DNA of 64,000 nt from Armatimonadota bacterium (GCA_038207085.1 JBBRAE010000010.1:23661-87660); one strand, 5' to 3'; numbered from the stretch's first letter, positions 47,580-58,049 are shown. Numbers and translations are program-made. Notes: generated by a model from the sequence alone, not told the origin.

Positions 47580-49061
47580 CTATTGCTCTAAATACTCGAA
47601 CCAGTCAAAATCAGCGCGTGCCGACTCGCCGGTTGCGTAGACGCCGAACATCGCGCCTGTGTAGGTGTGGGCGACCTCCACTGCCAGATAGTTCGTGCTC
47701 CCCTCCGCGATTTCTTTGATCTCGCCCCCGCCCACGGCGTAGCCGAAGTGATATTTCAGCTTTTCTGCACGAATCTGGAGTGTGATCGGCCCCTCCGGCA
47801 CCGACTCCTCTGCGACGACAGCGACGAGGTCGCCGACCCTGCGCCGCACGATCACCACGCGATACCCTCTGCGCGTGACAGCGATCTCGTAGTGATGCCC
47901 CGCGTTTGCAAGCACCGTCAGCCCCGCTTCTTCGCCCTCACCCGTGTCAAAGTCGAGCAGAGCAGTCGCTGTGCAACAAAAATGCTGCTGGCGTTTAAAC
48001 ACAGCCGTCGGGGAGGCCTCGTCGTCGAGCGTGACCTTCGAGCCCCTCAGCCGCAGCCACCCCGGGCGCTCAGAAAGCGAGTAGTTCGACGCCACCGGGT
48101 TTCTGACGTAGCTCCAGGCGAGGTCGAGATGATCTGAACTGAAGTCGTCGCGCGCGGGTTCGGCAGGCCAGGGGTGCAATGGAAGCGTCTCAGCGTCCAT
48201 CTCAAGCGTGACCGGCCTGCCGCCGTAGACCAGCGGCCAGCCGTCGACCCAGGTAACCGGCGCAAGGTAAGTCTCGCGCCCGAGGTGCTGTGTCAGCCGA
48301 TACGTAGTTCTAAAGGCAAGAAACACCATCCTCCAGCTTCCGTCGTGCGCCTCTACGAGGTCACCGTGGCCCGCGCCGTGAACCTCGCTCATCGGCTGGG
48401 TGCGAAGCGTGAGAATGGGGTTGTGCGGGCACTCTTCCCAAGGGCCGGATGGCGAGTCGCCGCGCGCAATCGTTTCCATGTGGCCATAGTAGGTGCCACC
48501 CTCGGCGATCATGAGATAATACCGGCCCTCGATCTTGTAGATATGTGGCGCCTCGGGCCAGGGGCCGCCCGATCCGCTCCAAATCATCCGCGCATCAGCG
48601 AGCTTCGAGCCGGTTTCGATGTCGATCTCGCTCTGATAGATGCCACCGGAGCCGTTGCTTGTGAAGTAGACCCGCCCGTCGTCATCGAAGAACAGATCGG
48701 GGTCGATCCCGCACTGCTCGACGTAGATAGGTTCCGACCACTCGCCTTCGATATCGTCGGTCCAGACATAGTAATGCCGCTCAACCGGAGGCTGGCGCAC
48801 GACCATATAGAACCTGCCGTCGTGGTAGCGAAGTGTCGGAGCCCAGACTCCCATCAGGTTCGGACAGCTTGAGAGATCAAGCTGGCTCGGGCGCGTCAGG
48901 CAGTGGCCAATCTGTCGCCAGTTGACGAGGTCGCGGCTGTGATATATCGGCACTCCCGGAAAATATTCAAAGCTGCTCGTGACGAGATAATAGTCCTCGC
49001 CGACTCGGCAGATACTCGGGTCCGGGTTGAAGCCGGGAATGATCGGGTTTCGGTAGCTCAT
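47580..49061 (-). CDS. GH43 beta-xylosidase/arabinofuranosidase
   Basis: NPIIPGFNPDPSICR; WAP; IDP; EAPH; HGDLV; GRET. Confidence 0.94.
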   Translation of the reverse strand: MSYRNPIIPGFNPDPSICRVGEDYYLVTSSFEYFPGVPIYHSRDLVNWRQIGHCLTRPSQLDLSSCPNLMGVWAPTLRYHDGRFYMVVRQPPVERHYYVWTDDIEGEWSEPIYVEQCGIDPDLFFDDDGRVYFTSNGSGGIYQSEIDIETGSKLADARMIWSGSGGPWPEAPHIYKIEGRYYLMIAEGGTYYGHMETIARGDSPSGPWEECPHNPILTLRTQPMSEVHGAGHGDLVEAHDGSWRMVFLAFRTTYRLTQHLGRETYLAPVTWVDGWPLVYGGRPVTLEMDAETLPLHPWPAEPARDDFSSDHLDLAWSYVRNPVASNYSLSERPGWLRLRGSKVTLDDEASPTAVFKRQQHFCCTATALLDFDTGEGEEAGLTVLANAGHHYEIAVTRRGYRVVIVRRRVGDLVAVVAEESVPEGPITLQIRAEKLKYHFGYAVGGGEIKEIAEGSTNYLAVEVAHTYTGAMFGVYATGESARADFDWFEYLEQ

Positions 49062-49207
49062 GGGGAGATTATAGCAGATGGACGCTCTCTTCGTTAAATA
49101 ATGTCACAACTTTGCTCCGATACCCTAAAGATTACCAGGTAGACAGCCTATAGACAGTATGGAACCACGTCAACACCGCACGCGCGGTGATTCCTGAGGT
49201 ATTCGCA

Positions 49208-49666
49208 ATGATTGTCGAAACAGCCAGATTCGGTTTTGTGAACGTTGACCCGGCATCGGTGATATCGATGCCGAGGGGGATGTTCGGCTTTGAAGAGGAG
49301 ATGGAGTTTTGCATATTCCGTCACCGGCACGATTCTTCGTTTCGATGGTTCCAGAGCACGACCAGGCCCGAGCTTGCATTTGTTGTAGTGGACCCGAGCC
49401 TGTTCTTTGAAGACTATTCATTTGTGCTATCCAGCGTTGAGTCGGAGTATCTGGAGCTTGAGTCCCCCGGCGACGCTATGGTGCTTGTTACGGTGAGGAT
49501 GATCGGTGGCGACTTTGAGCCATCGGCAAACCTCGCCGGTCCCGTTGTGATAAACAGTAAGTCGCTTCTCGGATTGCAGGTCGCACTCGACGACGAGCGC
49601 TGGGGCACCAGCCACCCGCTCAAAAAGTCGAACGACGCACACGAGAAACTGCCTAAGGCGGCTTGA
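49208..49666 (+). CDS. fliW: Flagellar assembly factor / CsrA antagonist FliW
   Basis: ETARFG...GMFGFE...WFQS...LAFVVVDP...ANLAGPVVIN. Confidence 0.92.
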   Translation: MIVETARFGFVNVDPASVISMPRGMFGFEEEMEFCIFRHRHDSSFRWFQSTTRPELAFVVVDPSLFFEDYSFVLSSVESEYLELESPGDAMVLVTVRMIGGDFEPSANLAGPVVINSKSLLGLQVALDDERWGTSHPLKKSNDAHEKLPKAA

Positions 49667-49679
49667 AAGGAAGCTTGCA

Positions 49680-49904
49680 ATGTTGGTCCTAGCCAGGAAG
49701 GTCGGCCAATGTATCGTCATAGGCGATAACATCACGCTCACGGTCATCGAGGTCCGCGGCGAACAGGTGAGAATCGGGATCGAAGCCCCGAAGTCCATCT
49801 CAGTCCACCGCAAGGAGCTCCTTGAGCAGATCAAGGCCGAAAATATTCGAGCGGCTACCCAGAACATCACCGAGGATCAGGTCCCGGATGTTTTGAAGAA
49901 ATAG
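49680..49904 (+). CDS. csrA: Carbon storage regulator CsrA
   Basis: MLVLARKVGQCIVIGDNI...VRIGIEAPKSISVHRKE with the C-terminal ENIRAA extension. Confidence 0.97.
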   Translation: MLVLARKVGQCIVIGDNITLTVIEVRGEQVRIGIEAPKSISVHRKELLEQIKAENIRAATQNITEDQVPDVLKK

Positions 49905-50041
49905 TAGACTTTTCCTCGTGTTGGGCGATGTCACCAAGTCACCGCCCAACGCGATACTACCACGTGCCGGACTCCCCCGTCCCAGGCGCGTTTTTGCTGT
50001 ACCCCATAATCACACTTCCGGAATTGACTCAGGCGACCACT

Positions 50042-50180
50042 ACGTTGGCCCGGATTTGCAATCCGGGGCCTGTTGGCAAGAGAGGGATCTGTGATCCCGT
50101 TCTGTCGACTTTGCCCGGTCAACCGGCATCACAGATGCCTATTCGGCCCAGACGTCCCGGATCACAGATCCGGACGAACG
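50042..50180. repeat. REPIN-like cluster of inverted REP palindromes
   Basis: CGTTGGCCCGGATTTGCAATCCGGGGC and its inverted partner CGTTCGTCCGGATCTGTGATCCGGGAC; an internal GGGATCTGTGATCCC. Confidence 0.7.
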
Positions 50181-50250
50181 ATGGGCAAATTTGGACGAAC
50201 AATGGAGCAGACGTGCAAAGGGGCGGACCAAAAGCCCGCCCCAAAGAAAA

Positions 50251-51489
50251 CTACGCTCCGAACTTGTCCTGAACCCCCATAAGCTGGGTCAGAATGTTCA
50301 TAACGTCGATACCGCGGATGCGCAGCACGCCGCCCTTGGCGCACGAGCGCTCGTCGTATTTGATGACTTCGTCCGTGCGGACTCCCGGGCCCCAGAAGGC
50401 GATCGCCACGGGGTCGCCGGAGTGATCCTTGAGCGCGACCGGAGTCGAGTGGTCGGCTGTAACGGCGATGTAGGTCTCGTCGCTCGTGTTCTCCATCAGG
50501 TAGGCGATCATCTCATCGAGCTTTTCGATCAGTTCGACCTTCACCTGCGCGCTTGCGTCATGTCCACCCACATCGGCGGCCTTGACGTTGCAGAGCACGA
50601 AGCTGTGCTTGTCGAGCGCTTTGACGATAGCTTTCGCCATCGCGATCAGGTCCGAGTCGAGCCCACCGGTCGCCTCGGGAACGTCGATAATCTCCATACC
50701 CACGTACTGGGCGACGCCCTTGATCAGCCCCGTCTCAGCGACGCAGGCGCTTGAGATGTTGAATCGGTCGTTGATCGGTGTAAGGTGCGGCGCAAGCCCT
50801 CCGCCTCTGGGCAGCACGACGTTTGCCGGATGCTTGCCTACAGCCGCGCGGGCCTGGTTCACGGGGTGGTTCTTCAGGATCTCATAGGACCTTTTGACAA
50901 ACTCGTTGACGATACGCGCAGTCTTGGCGCTTGCTGCGTCACCGGGATCGATCGCATGCGACTCATGCACCTTGGCGTTCTCAACATGCGGGTCGGTATC
51001 GGTGATGTCCGCGCCGAGCCCTGGCCCGCGAAGCACCATCGCGCAGCGGTGGGCGACCGACTCTTTGAAGAAGACGGTCACGTCCTCGATCATCATCCCG
51101 TCGATCGCGACTGCGAGGTCATGGGTGCCCTCGTTGATGCGCCCAGCGCGCCGATCGGTGACTACGAAGTCGTCGCCCATCGTGGTAAAGTTGCATCTAA
51201 AGGCGATATCACCCTGCTTGACTTCCATCCCGATTCCGGAGGCCTCGAAGGGCCCACGACCGGTGTAGTATTTGTAAGGGTCATACCCCAGGAGCGCGAG
51301 GTGCGAGGTGTCGCTTCCCGCGCGAACGCCGGGGGCAATCGGGTCCATAATCCCGCACTCGCCCTCTGCGGCAAGCTTGTCCAGGTTCGGTTTATTGGCC
51401 GCTTCAAGGGGGGTCTTTGATCCAAGTTCGGCAACCGGGCGGTCCCCCAGCCCATCGCCGATCAAAAGTATCGCTTTAGGTCCTTCCAT
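50251..51489 (-). CDS. apgM: 2,3-bisphosphoglycerate-independent phosphoglycerate mutase (archaeal type)
   Basis: DGLGD...TPLEAA; GSDTSHLALLGYDP; GRGPFEA; TADHSTP; HSGDPV. Confidence 0.95.
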   Translation of the reverse strand: MEGPKAILLIGDGLGDRPVAELGSKTPLEAANKPNLDKLAAEGECGIMDPIAPGVRAGSDTSHLALLGYDPYKYYTGRGPFEASGIGMEVKQGDIAFRCNFTTMGDDFVVTDRRAGRINEGTHDLAVAIDGMMIEDVTVFFKESVAHRCAMVLRGPGLGADITDTDPHVENAKVHESHAIDPGDAASAKTARIVNEFVKRSYEILKNHPVNQARAAVGKHPANVVLPRGGGLAPHLTPINDRFNISSACVAETGLIKGVAQYVGMEIIDVPEATGGLDSDLIAMAKAIVKALDKHSFVLCNVKAADVGGHDASAQVKVELIEKLDEMIAYLMENTSDETYIAVTADHSTPVALKDHSGDPVAIAFWGPGVRTDEVIKYDERSCAKGGVLRIRGIDVMNILTQLMGVQDKFGA

Positions 51490-51547
51490 CTGTTTCCTCC
51501 GAGTTGTTTCTATTGAGTTTCAGGTATTAAGATCAACAAACTGATTC

Positions 51548-52261
51548 TTAAAGTATAATACCAGCCGGAATCGTGACCATCTCGCCCTTGAGCGTCTCGA
51601 TCACAAGCCCGCCAGTTTCGTCTATCTCCACTGCCCGCCCGACGGCGACTCCGCCGGACCAGCGCACGGTAACGTCTGTTCCTGTTGTCTCCTCAAGAGC
51701 CCGCCACGCGTCAAGCGTCGCGGCAAAGCCGTCGGATTTGTAAATCTTGTAAGCGCTCTCAAGCTCGCCCGAAACTGACGCGACCGCCTCATCTATGTCG
51801 GTCAACCTGCCAAGCTCGATGCGCACGCTCGTTGCGCTCTCGGCTATTTCCTCGGGAAGCTCCATCAAGTTCAGATTCAGCCCGATCCCGACAACCGCCG
51901 CTCCGCGGGAGACTTCAACCAAAATTCCCGCGATCTTTCTGCCTCCGACTCGCACGTCGTTCGGCCACTTGATCCTCGCGTCCAGGCCGTAGCTTGAACG
52001 AACAGCACGCGCGACGGCAATCGCCGCGACAAACGCAAGCTCGCCGACACGCTCCGCGCCCACCTGTGGGCGAAGAATGACCGAAGCATAGAGGTTATCC
52101 CCGGGCGCACCAAGCCATACACGCCCACGGGTTCCCCGTCCCATCGTTTGTTCGGCGGCGACAACCGTAGTTCCTTCCCCCGCGCCGTCACGCGCAAGCT
52201 CTTTGGCGGTGTCGCTCGTCGAGGGGAGAGTGTCAAAACGCAGGACCGGCCCAAAGGTCAC
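51548..52261 (-). CDS. birA: Biotin--protein ligase (no HTH domain)
   Basis: QTMGRGTRGRVW; IKWPNDV; KIAGILVE. Confidence 0.93.
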   Translation of the reverse strand: MTFGPVLRFDTLPSTSDTAKELARDGAGEGTTVVAAEQTMGRGTRGRVWLGAPGDNLYASVILRPQVGAERVGELAFVAAIAVARAVRSSYGLDARIKWPNDVRVGGRKIAGILVEVSRGAAVVGIGLNLNLMELPEEIAESATSVRIELGRLTDIDEAVASVSGELESAYKIYKSDGFAATLDAWRALEETTGTDVTVRWSGGVAVGRAVEIDETGGLVIETLKGEMVTIPAGIIL

Positions 52262-53091
52262 TCGAAGTCCATCCCAATATCAAGCGCCATCACGGAGTGA
52301 GTAAGCGCGCCGATGCTGATCAGGTCAACCCCGGTTTCGGCGATCGCCCGCACGCTCGACTCGTTCACCCCGCCCGAAGCCTCAAGCACTGCGCGGCCAG
52401 CGGTGATCTCGACCGCCCGACGCATCGTGTCGCAGTCCATGTTGTCAAGCAAAATGATATCGGCCCCAGCCTCGATCGCCTCACCGAGTTGACCCAGCGA
52501 CTTCACCTCAACCTCGACCTTGAGCGTATGAGGCGCACCGGCCTTGGCCGCACGGACAGCCAGTCCGACCCCACCCGCCGCGGCGATGTGGTTGTCTTTG
52601 ATCAAAATCCCGTCGTAAAGCGCAAACCTGTGGTTGGTCGCGCCCCCGACCTTCACGGCGTATTTCTCGAACGCCCTAAGCCCCGGAGTGGTCTTTCGGG
52701 TGTCGACGATCCGCGCGTGGGTGCCTTCAACGATGCTCACGTAGCGCGCGGCGGCTGACGCAATCCCCGATAGCCGCTGCATAAAGTTCAATGCCACCCG
52801 TTCGCTTGAAAGCAGCGACCTGCTCGCCCCCTCGGCCACAGCCATCACCTGACCCGGCACCAGCGCATCACCGTCGATCACCTTGCGCTCAAACTTGACC
52901 AAGGGGTCGACGAGCGCGAAGGTCATCTCCGCAACATCAAGCCCTGCGGCAACACCGGCCTGCTTGGCCTTGATGATCGCACGGGAAGTGGCGTCGGCGG
53001 GGACTGTGAGAAGCGAGGTAACGTCACCCGAGCCGATGTCCTCAGCCAGAGCCGCTTCAACTGTTTTCTTCAGAATAATTCTATCTATCAT
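52258..53091 (-). CDS. nadC: Quinolinate phosphoribosyltransferase
   Basis: DTRKTTPGLR; LIKDNH; EVEV; LLDNM; EASGG. Confidence 0.97.
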   Translation of the reverse strand: MIDRIILKKTVEAALAEDIGSGDVTSLLTVPADATSRAIIKAKQAGVAAGLDVAEMTFALVDPLVKFERKVIDGDALVPGQVMAVAEGASRSLLSSERVALNFMQRLSGIASAAARYVSIVEGTHARIVDTRKTTPGLRAFEKYAVKVGGATNHRFALYDGILIKDNHIAAAGGVGLAVRAAKAGAPHTLKVEVEVKSLGQLGEAIEAGADIILLDNMDCDTMRRAVEITAGRAVLEASGGVNESSVRAIAETGVDLISIGALTHSVMALDIGMDFE

Positions 53092-53121
53092 AACTTGACC
53101 CTACAGGGCAGATAACAGAAA

Positions 53122-53153
53122 GGCGGCGAGCTACACCTGTGTAGCTCGCCGCC
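53122..53153 (-). terminator. Intrinsic terminator
   Basis: GGCGGCGAGCTACAC / GTGTAGCTCGCCGCC stem followed by TTTC on the minus strand. Confidence 0.8.
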
Positions 53154-53172
53154 GTGACTAACGCACTACTTA

Positions 53173-54141
53173 TTACTTCTGGGGAGCAGGCGCCTGCTGC
53201 ATCATCGGCATGCCGAACTGCGGCTTGGGCGGGTTCTTGAAGTCCTTCCCGACCTGCTCAAGCGCCTTCAAGGAAACTGTGACCTTGGCCTCCTTGCGCG
53301 CGTCGTTCATGGTCTTCTCGAAGTCCTTGTCGCCTGCTGACTTCTCAAGATAGAGCAGCCCACGGATGATCGGCTCGGCTTCCTTCTCACTGATCTTGAC
53401 GGCGGGAAGCTCGGCGGTCGGCTTCATGATAATGAAGCGGTCCTCACCAACATTGATCTTGAGCGGCTTGCTGATTTTGCCGATCTCGTTCGCAAAGACG
53501 GCCTTGGCAAAATCGGCAGGAATGCCGGGTCCACTCTTCGGGATCGCCTGGGTCATCATCGCGCTGTGTTCAGCAGACTGGGTCTCGCCGATCTTCTCAA
53601 GTGTCGCGCCAGCCTCAATCTCCTTTGAAGCCTTGTCCGAGGATGCCTTGTCGTTGAAAACGATCAGGTCAACGCGGCGTCGCTCAGGAAGCTCGAACTG
53701 CAGAGCCTTGCGCTGGTCGTAGTAGGCCTTGATTTCCTTGTCGGATACCTTGGTCTTGGACACCTTTTCGATCAGGTTGGTGCGAGCCTGCTGGAGCTTG
53801 AGCTGGGCCTTGACATCATCAATGGACAGCCCGGCCTGCTTCAGCTGGGAATCGAGGTCAGCGGTCTTCTTCAGGAACTCGACACGCTGAGTCACCTGTT
53901 CATCACTCGGTGCGACGCCGTTCTTCTCTGCAAGAGCAAGCAGCATTCGCTCCTCAAGCATCTGGGAAAGAACCTGCTGTGCCATAGGGGTCTGGGCCAT
54001 CTGCTTGGCAAAATCCTCGTAGGACACTGCCTGCCCGTTGACCTCGGCGACGCCCGTGCTGGCGCCCTTCTTGCCGCAGCCCGCGATAAAAATCACGGGG
54101 ACCATCACCGCTACTGCGGCTACAAGTGCGTATTTCTTCAT
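53173..54141 (-). CDS. PrsA-like foldase lipoprotein (SurA-N plus degenerate parvulin)
   Basis: Lipobox IAGC; VAEVNGQAV; EIKAYY. Confidence 0.85.
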   Translation of the reverse strand: MKKYALVAAVAVMVPVIFIAGCGKKGASTGVAEVNGQAVSYEDFAKQMAQTPMAQQVLSQMLEERMLLALAEKNGVAPSDEQVTQRVEFLKKTADLDSQLKQAGLSIDDVKAQLKLQQARTNLIEKVSKTKVSDKEIKAYYDQRKALQFELPERRRVDLIVFNDKASSDKASKEIEAGATLEKIGETQSAEHSAMMTQAIPKSGPGIPADFAKAVFANEIGKISKPLKINVGEDRFIIMKPTAELPAVKISEKEAEPIIRGLLYLEKSAGDKDFEKTMNDARKEAKVTVSLKALEQVGKDFKNPPKPQFGMPMMQQAPAPQK

Positions 54142-54206
54142 TATTGACTCCTCTCGTTAGGTTGATTCGGCCGATCTAGCGACCAAGTCACCTGGTTTGG
54201 CGAAGG

Positions 54207-55181
54207 CTATTTGGCCTCCTCCAAATTCTGTTTGATAACGTTTGCAAGGTCCTTGCCGTACCTCTTGACGCAAATCTCAATTGTCGAAACCTGCCGAAAC
54301 TCGCTGATCTTCGCCATAAGCTCGGGCTTTCTCGTTGCCCGGCCCACTGCGATGATCTCGCGAATACTCTCCTGCACTTCAGCAAGCGGCTTGGGCGACG
54401 GCGCTTTTCGCTCAAGCGCCTTCAGGATCACCCACTGCCCCTGCACAAGTATCGGTCCGCTCATGGCGCCTGTAGAAAGCCCCATAGCTGTGTTCACGAT
54501 AGCTCCGGGAACGCCTTCCTGATTGGGCCACACCCATCCAAGCGCGCCACCCTCGATCTTGGTTATGGGGTCGTCTGAGAGATCTTTCACGACCGCCCCA
54601 AAGTCCGCGCCCTGCTTCAGCCTCGTGTCGGCGATCTCGATTTTGCTTTTGGTCTGTGTGACGATCGCCCCGACCCTCACCCGAATCGGCAGGTTAAACT
54701 TGGCCTTGTTCTTGTAATAATAATCAGCAATCTCGCTTTCGGTAACCCCCGCGTATTTGGTCGCAAGGTTCACGTAAGCGATCTGTCCACGAAGCTCCCG
54801 GCGCAGGTCCTGAGGCGTCATACTCCTGCCCTGAAGCAATATCTGCAGGTTGTTCTGCGATTTCATCTCCGCGACGCGCTTTTCGACCATCTGGTCCGTG
54901 ACCGCAACTCCCTCTTTTGAGGCAAGCTGCACGAGCAATCTCGACCCTACCAAAAGTTCAAGCGCCTTAGCTCCCGCAGTCCTCGTTTCGCCTGGCTTAG
55001 CGACGTTAGCAAACTGCAGAGTCTCCAGCACCGCTATATAGTCGTCGTACGAGACGCTCTCACCGTTAACGACCGCAGCAGGCGTCGGCGTGGCCGTAGG
55101 AACAGTAGATGGAGCGGCCGAAACCCCTACGGTAACGGCGATTCCGAACGTAACAACCCACAACACTGCTATCCGACGCAT
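54207..55181 (-). CDS. PrsA-like peptidyl-prolyl isomerase (parvulin type)
   Basis: Signal peptide; AVVNGE; F...LSDD...GGALGW...SGPI. Confidence 0.88.
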   Translation of the reverse strand: MRRIAVLWVVTFGIAVTVGVSAAPSTVPTATPTPAAVVNGESVSYDDYIAVLETLQFANVAKPGETRTAGAKALELLVGSRLLVQLASKEGVAVTDQMVEKRVAEMKSQNNLQILLQGRSMTPQDLRRELRGQIAYVNLATKYAGVTESEIADYYYKNKAKFNLPIRVRVGAIVTQTKSKIEIADTRLKQGADFGAVVKDLSDDPITKIEGGALGWVWPNQEGVPGAIVNTAMGLSTGAMSGPILVQGQWVILKALERKAPSPKPLAEVQESIREIIAVGRATRKPELMAKISEFRQVSTIEICVKRYGKDLANVIKQNLEEAK

Positions 55182-55420
55182 ACGAGAGCCTCCTGCTCCA
55201 GCCCGTGTTACCATAGTTCACTACGGCAGAGCCAAACAAAAAGTTGCCAAGTCTTCAAAAGAGTCTTTGAACATTATAAGGCTTGTTAGCTACGGACGCA
55301 ACTACCGGACGCCTGAATAATCGGGAACATTACGGAGACTTTTGAAGTCATTTATATAGGTTTGCTTTATCTGTGAAGCGATTTATTCTCTTGCTTGGAT
55401 ATCGAGGCGAAAAAATACCG

Positions 55421-55450
55421 TTGACACTGTGCCAATTACGGTGATAGTAT
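55421..55450 (+). promoter_or_regulatory. sigma70 promoter about 450 nt upstream of the prepilin-type gene
   Basis: TTGACA-N18-TAGTAT. Confidence 0.6.
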
Positions 55451-55898
55451 AGCATTCGGGCACTTCAGACGGAGCGTCCCGTATGCCTGGAGGTGATGTA
55501 AGCGACAGCGCGAGATAAAGTTATTATTTATACATCTTACGTAACCGACCCGTTCTTGCGCGACCCCAAAAACATCAGGCACGACTTCTCAGCACTAGTG
55601 TTGGATTAGGCTGAACCTGGCAGATTCCACACTTTGTCTACGAGGCCTCGCACGCGGGAACACCTGCTGCGGTATACGCGCAGGATTAAGTTAAGCGTGC
55701 ACTAGTGCTAGACACCACTCGGCAGCGGGTTCTCCGTTGAGAATACCTACCGTGGAGGCCCCTGGCTGTCTTTCTATCGAAAGAGAAGTATCCCTCGCTA
55801 GGACTTCAGAACAAGCGCCCGTTTACGGTTGCCCAAGACAAAACAAGTATGTTCGCACAGAAGTGCAAGAAAAAGAATACCACAGGAGGTAAAGTTCA

Positions 55899-56612
55899 AT
55901 GTTTGCAATCAACAAAAAGAGAAGCGGTTTTACGCTGATCGAGCTGCTGGTCGTCATTGCGATTATTGCTATTCTAGCAGCTATTCTGTTCCCGGTCTTC
56001 GCAAAGGCTAGAGAGGCAGCTAGGAAAACTACCTGCGTCAGCAACCTGAAGTCGCTCACAACATCGATGAACCTGTATCAGACCGACTACGACTCCACCT
56101 ACCCAGAGGGGGCAAATACCAGTGGGGCCGACAAGATTCCGCCTCCCGCGAACGCTGTCATCGACACCTGGACAGAGATGCTTTACGATCACATGAAGAG
56201 CAAAGATATCGTCTGGTGCCCTTCTGATCCGATGTCCGCTACCAACCCCGCTAGCGGCGCATCTTCCTATCACTTGAAGTCGGTGTTCCCAAACTCATCG
56301 GGTAATCCCAATACCAACCCTCCCAAGAAGGAGAGTGATTTCGAGTATCCCTCAGACCAGATCCTTATGTTCGAGTGGAGAGGTTGGCACTGGGGAGACT
56401 TGTCCAAAGAGATCGACAACACCGTCACTCTGAACATGTCCTTTATGGACGGCCACGTTCAGGCTAGAAGACTCAGGGACGTGCAGTCCAAGAACTCCAC
56501 CACCGGTGAGCCTTTCTTCTATAACTATGATGCTGGGGCTGATAAAATATCTGCTACTGCAGCGACTGCAAGCCATAGCAATCCGGCCCTCTACTACGAC
56601 AAGCTGGACTAA
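55899..56612 (+). CDS. Prepilin-type N-terminal cleavage / DUF1559 protein with an H-X9-DG-like C-terminus
   Basis: [46 protein letters not shown]. Confidence 0.93.
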   Translation: MFAINKKRSGFTLIELLVVIAIIAILAAILFPVFAKAREAARKTTCVSNLKSLTTSMNLYQTDYDSTYPEGANTSGADKIPPPANAVIDTWTEMLYDHMKSKDIVWCPSDPMSATNPASGASSYHLKSVFPNSSGNPNTNPPKKESDFEYPSDQILMFEWRGWHWGDLSKEIDNTVTLNMSFMDGHVQARRLRDVQSKNSTTGEPFFYNYDAGADKISATAATASHSNPALYYDKLD

Positions 56613-56641
56613 TCCAGGTATCAGCTAAAAAGAAGTTACAG

Positions 56642-56676
56642 GCGGCCCCGGGAGATATCTCCCGGGGCCGCTTTTT
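56642..56676 (+). terminator. Intrinsic terminator
   Basis: 30-bp perfect palindrome followed by TTTTT. Confidence 0.9.
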
Positions 56677-56696
56677 CTGTTATACTTGTAGTCGTT

Positions 56697-58049
56697 ATGG
56701 CTACAAACACACGTGATGATTTTGACGTATTGGTCGCCGGCGGCGGGATTGCCGGAGTCGCGGCGGCGGTTGCGGCGGCGAGGCTCGACGCACGCGCACT
56801 GCTCGTGGAGCGCTACGGGTTTCTCGGAGGGCTTGCCACCGCGGGGCTCGTCAACCCGTTTATGTCCCACTATACCTCCGACCGCACCCCACTGATCGCT
56901 GGGTTCTTCGATGAGCTGCGGGATCGGCTCACAAGCCTTGGCGGGCTGATGCAAGGCTCGTTTGACCCCGAAGCGATGAAGTTTGCACTGCAGGAGCTCG
57001 CCATCGAGTCCGGTGTGACGCTTCTTCTGCACAGTCTGGTCACGGGGGTCGAACTCCGGGACGGCGGCGTCTCTGGGGCAAAGATCACAAACAAGTCAGG
57101 CGAGAGGCTCTACTGCGCCAAAAGGTTCATCGACGCAACCGGCGACGGCGACCTGGCTGCAGCTGCCGGGGCGGCGTTTGAGACCGGAGGCAAGGACGGG
57201 CTCCCACAGGCGATGACCCTTATGCTCGACGTAGCAGGCGTCGACCTCACCCGCGCGATGACCTACGTCCGCGAAAACCCCGACCAGATGCGCTTCCCCA
57301 AGCTCCCTCCTGAAACCGATATCGAACAAACCCTCCAAAGCACGATCGCGGTCGCGGGCTACTACGACCTCGTCACCCGCGCAAGAGAAAATGGCGACTA
57401 CCCGCTTCCGGGGGACCTGATATTCTACATAAGCCGCCCCACTCCAGGCGAGGTGGTGTTCAACACTACCCATGTAGGAGAGGTCGACGGCACCAGCGCA
57501 GAGGACCTCACCCATGCGGAGATCGAGGGCAGACGTCAGGCGATGGCGCTCGTCGGCTTCGTCAAGAAATACGTGCCGGGCTTTGAAAACGCCTCACTTG
57601 CCCGGACGGCGACGCAAATCGGCGTGCGTGAGACCAGGCGCGTGACCGGCGAATACGTCTTCAGCGCACGCGATGTGATCGACGCCCGCAAGTTCCCCGA
57701 CGCCATAGCGCGCCTTGCGTACCCCGTCGACGTGCACGCAGGCAAGGGCGACGGCTACACCCGCGAAGAGGAACACTCAGGCCCAGTGGTCCCGCCACCT
57801 GGTGACTGGTATGAGGTCCCCTACAGATGCCTCGTCCCGCTTATGGTCGAAAACCTGCTAACAGCGGGCAGGTGTGTGTCAAGCACTCAGGAAGGTCATG
57901 GGGCGATTAGAATCATGCCCTGCTGCGCCGCGATGGGTCAGGCCGCAGGCGCTGCGGCGGCGCTTTCGATCAAAGCGGGAGTCACCCCGCGCCGTCTCGA
58001 AATAGACACGCTCGCGCGGTCGCTTCGAGATCAGGGAGCGCTCGTATAG
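56697..58049 (+). CDS. FAD-dependent oxidoreductase
   Basis: GGGIAG; IDATGDGD; GVRETRR; VPYRCLVP; AGRCVS; MGQAAG. Confidence 0.92.
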   Translation: MATNTRDDFDVLVAGGGIAGVAAAVAAARLDARALLVERYGFLGGLATAGLVNPFMSHYTSDRTPLIAGFFDELRDRLTSLGGLMQGSFDPEAMKFALQELAIESGVTLLLHSLVTGVELRDGGVSGAKITNKSGERLYCAKRFIDATGDGDLAAAAGAAFETGGKDGLPQAMTLMLDVAGVDLTRAMTYVRENPDQMRFPKLPPETDIEQTLQSTIAVAGYYDLVTRARENGDYPLPGDLIFYISRPTPGEVVFNTTHVGEVDGTSAEDLTHAEIEGRRQAMALVGFVKKYVPGFENASLARTATQIGVRETRRVTGEYVFSARDVIDARKFPDAIARLAYPVDVHAGKGDGYTREEEHSGPVVPPPGDWYEVPYRCLVPLMVENLLTAGRCVSSTQEGHGAIRIMPCCAAMGQAAGAAAALSIKAGVTPRRLEIDTLARSLRDQGALV

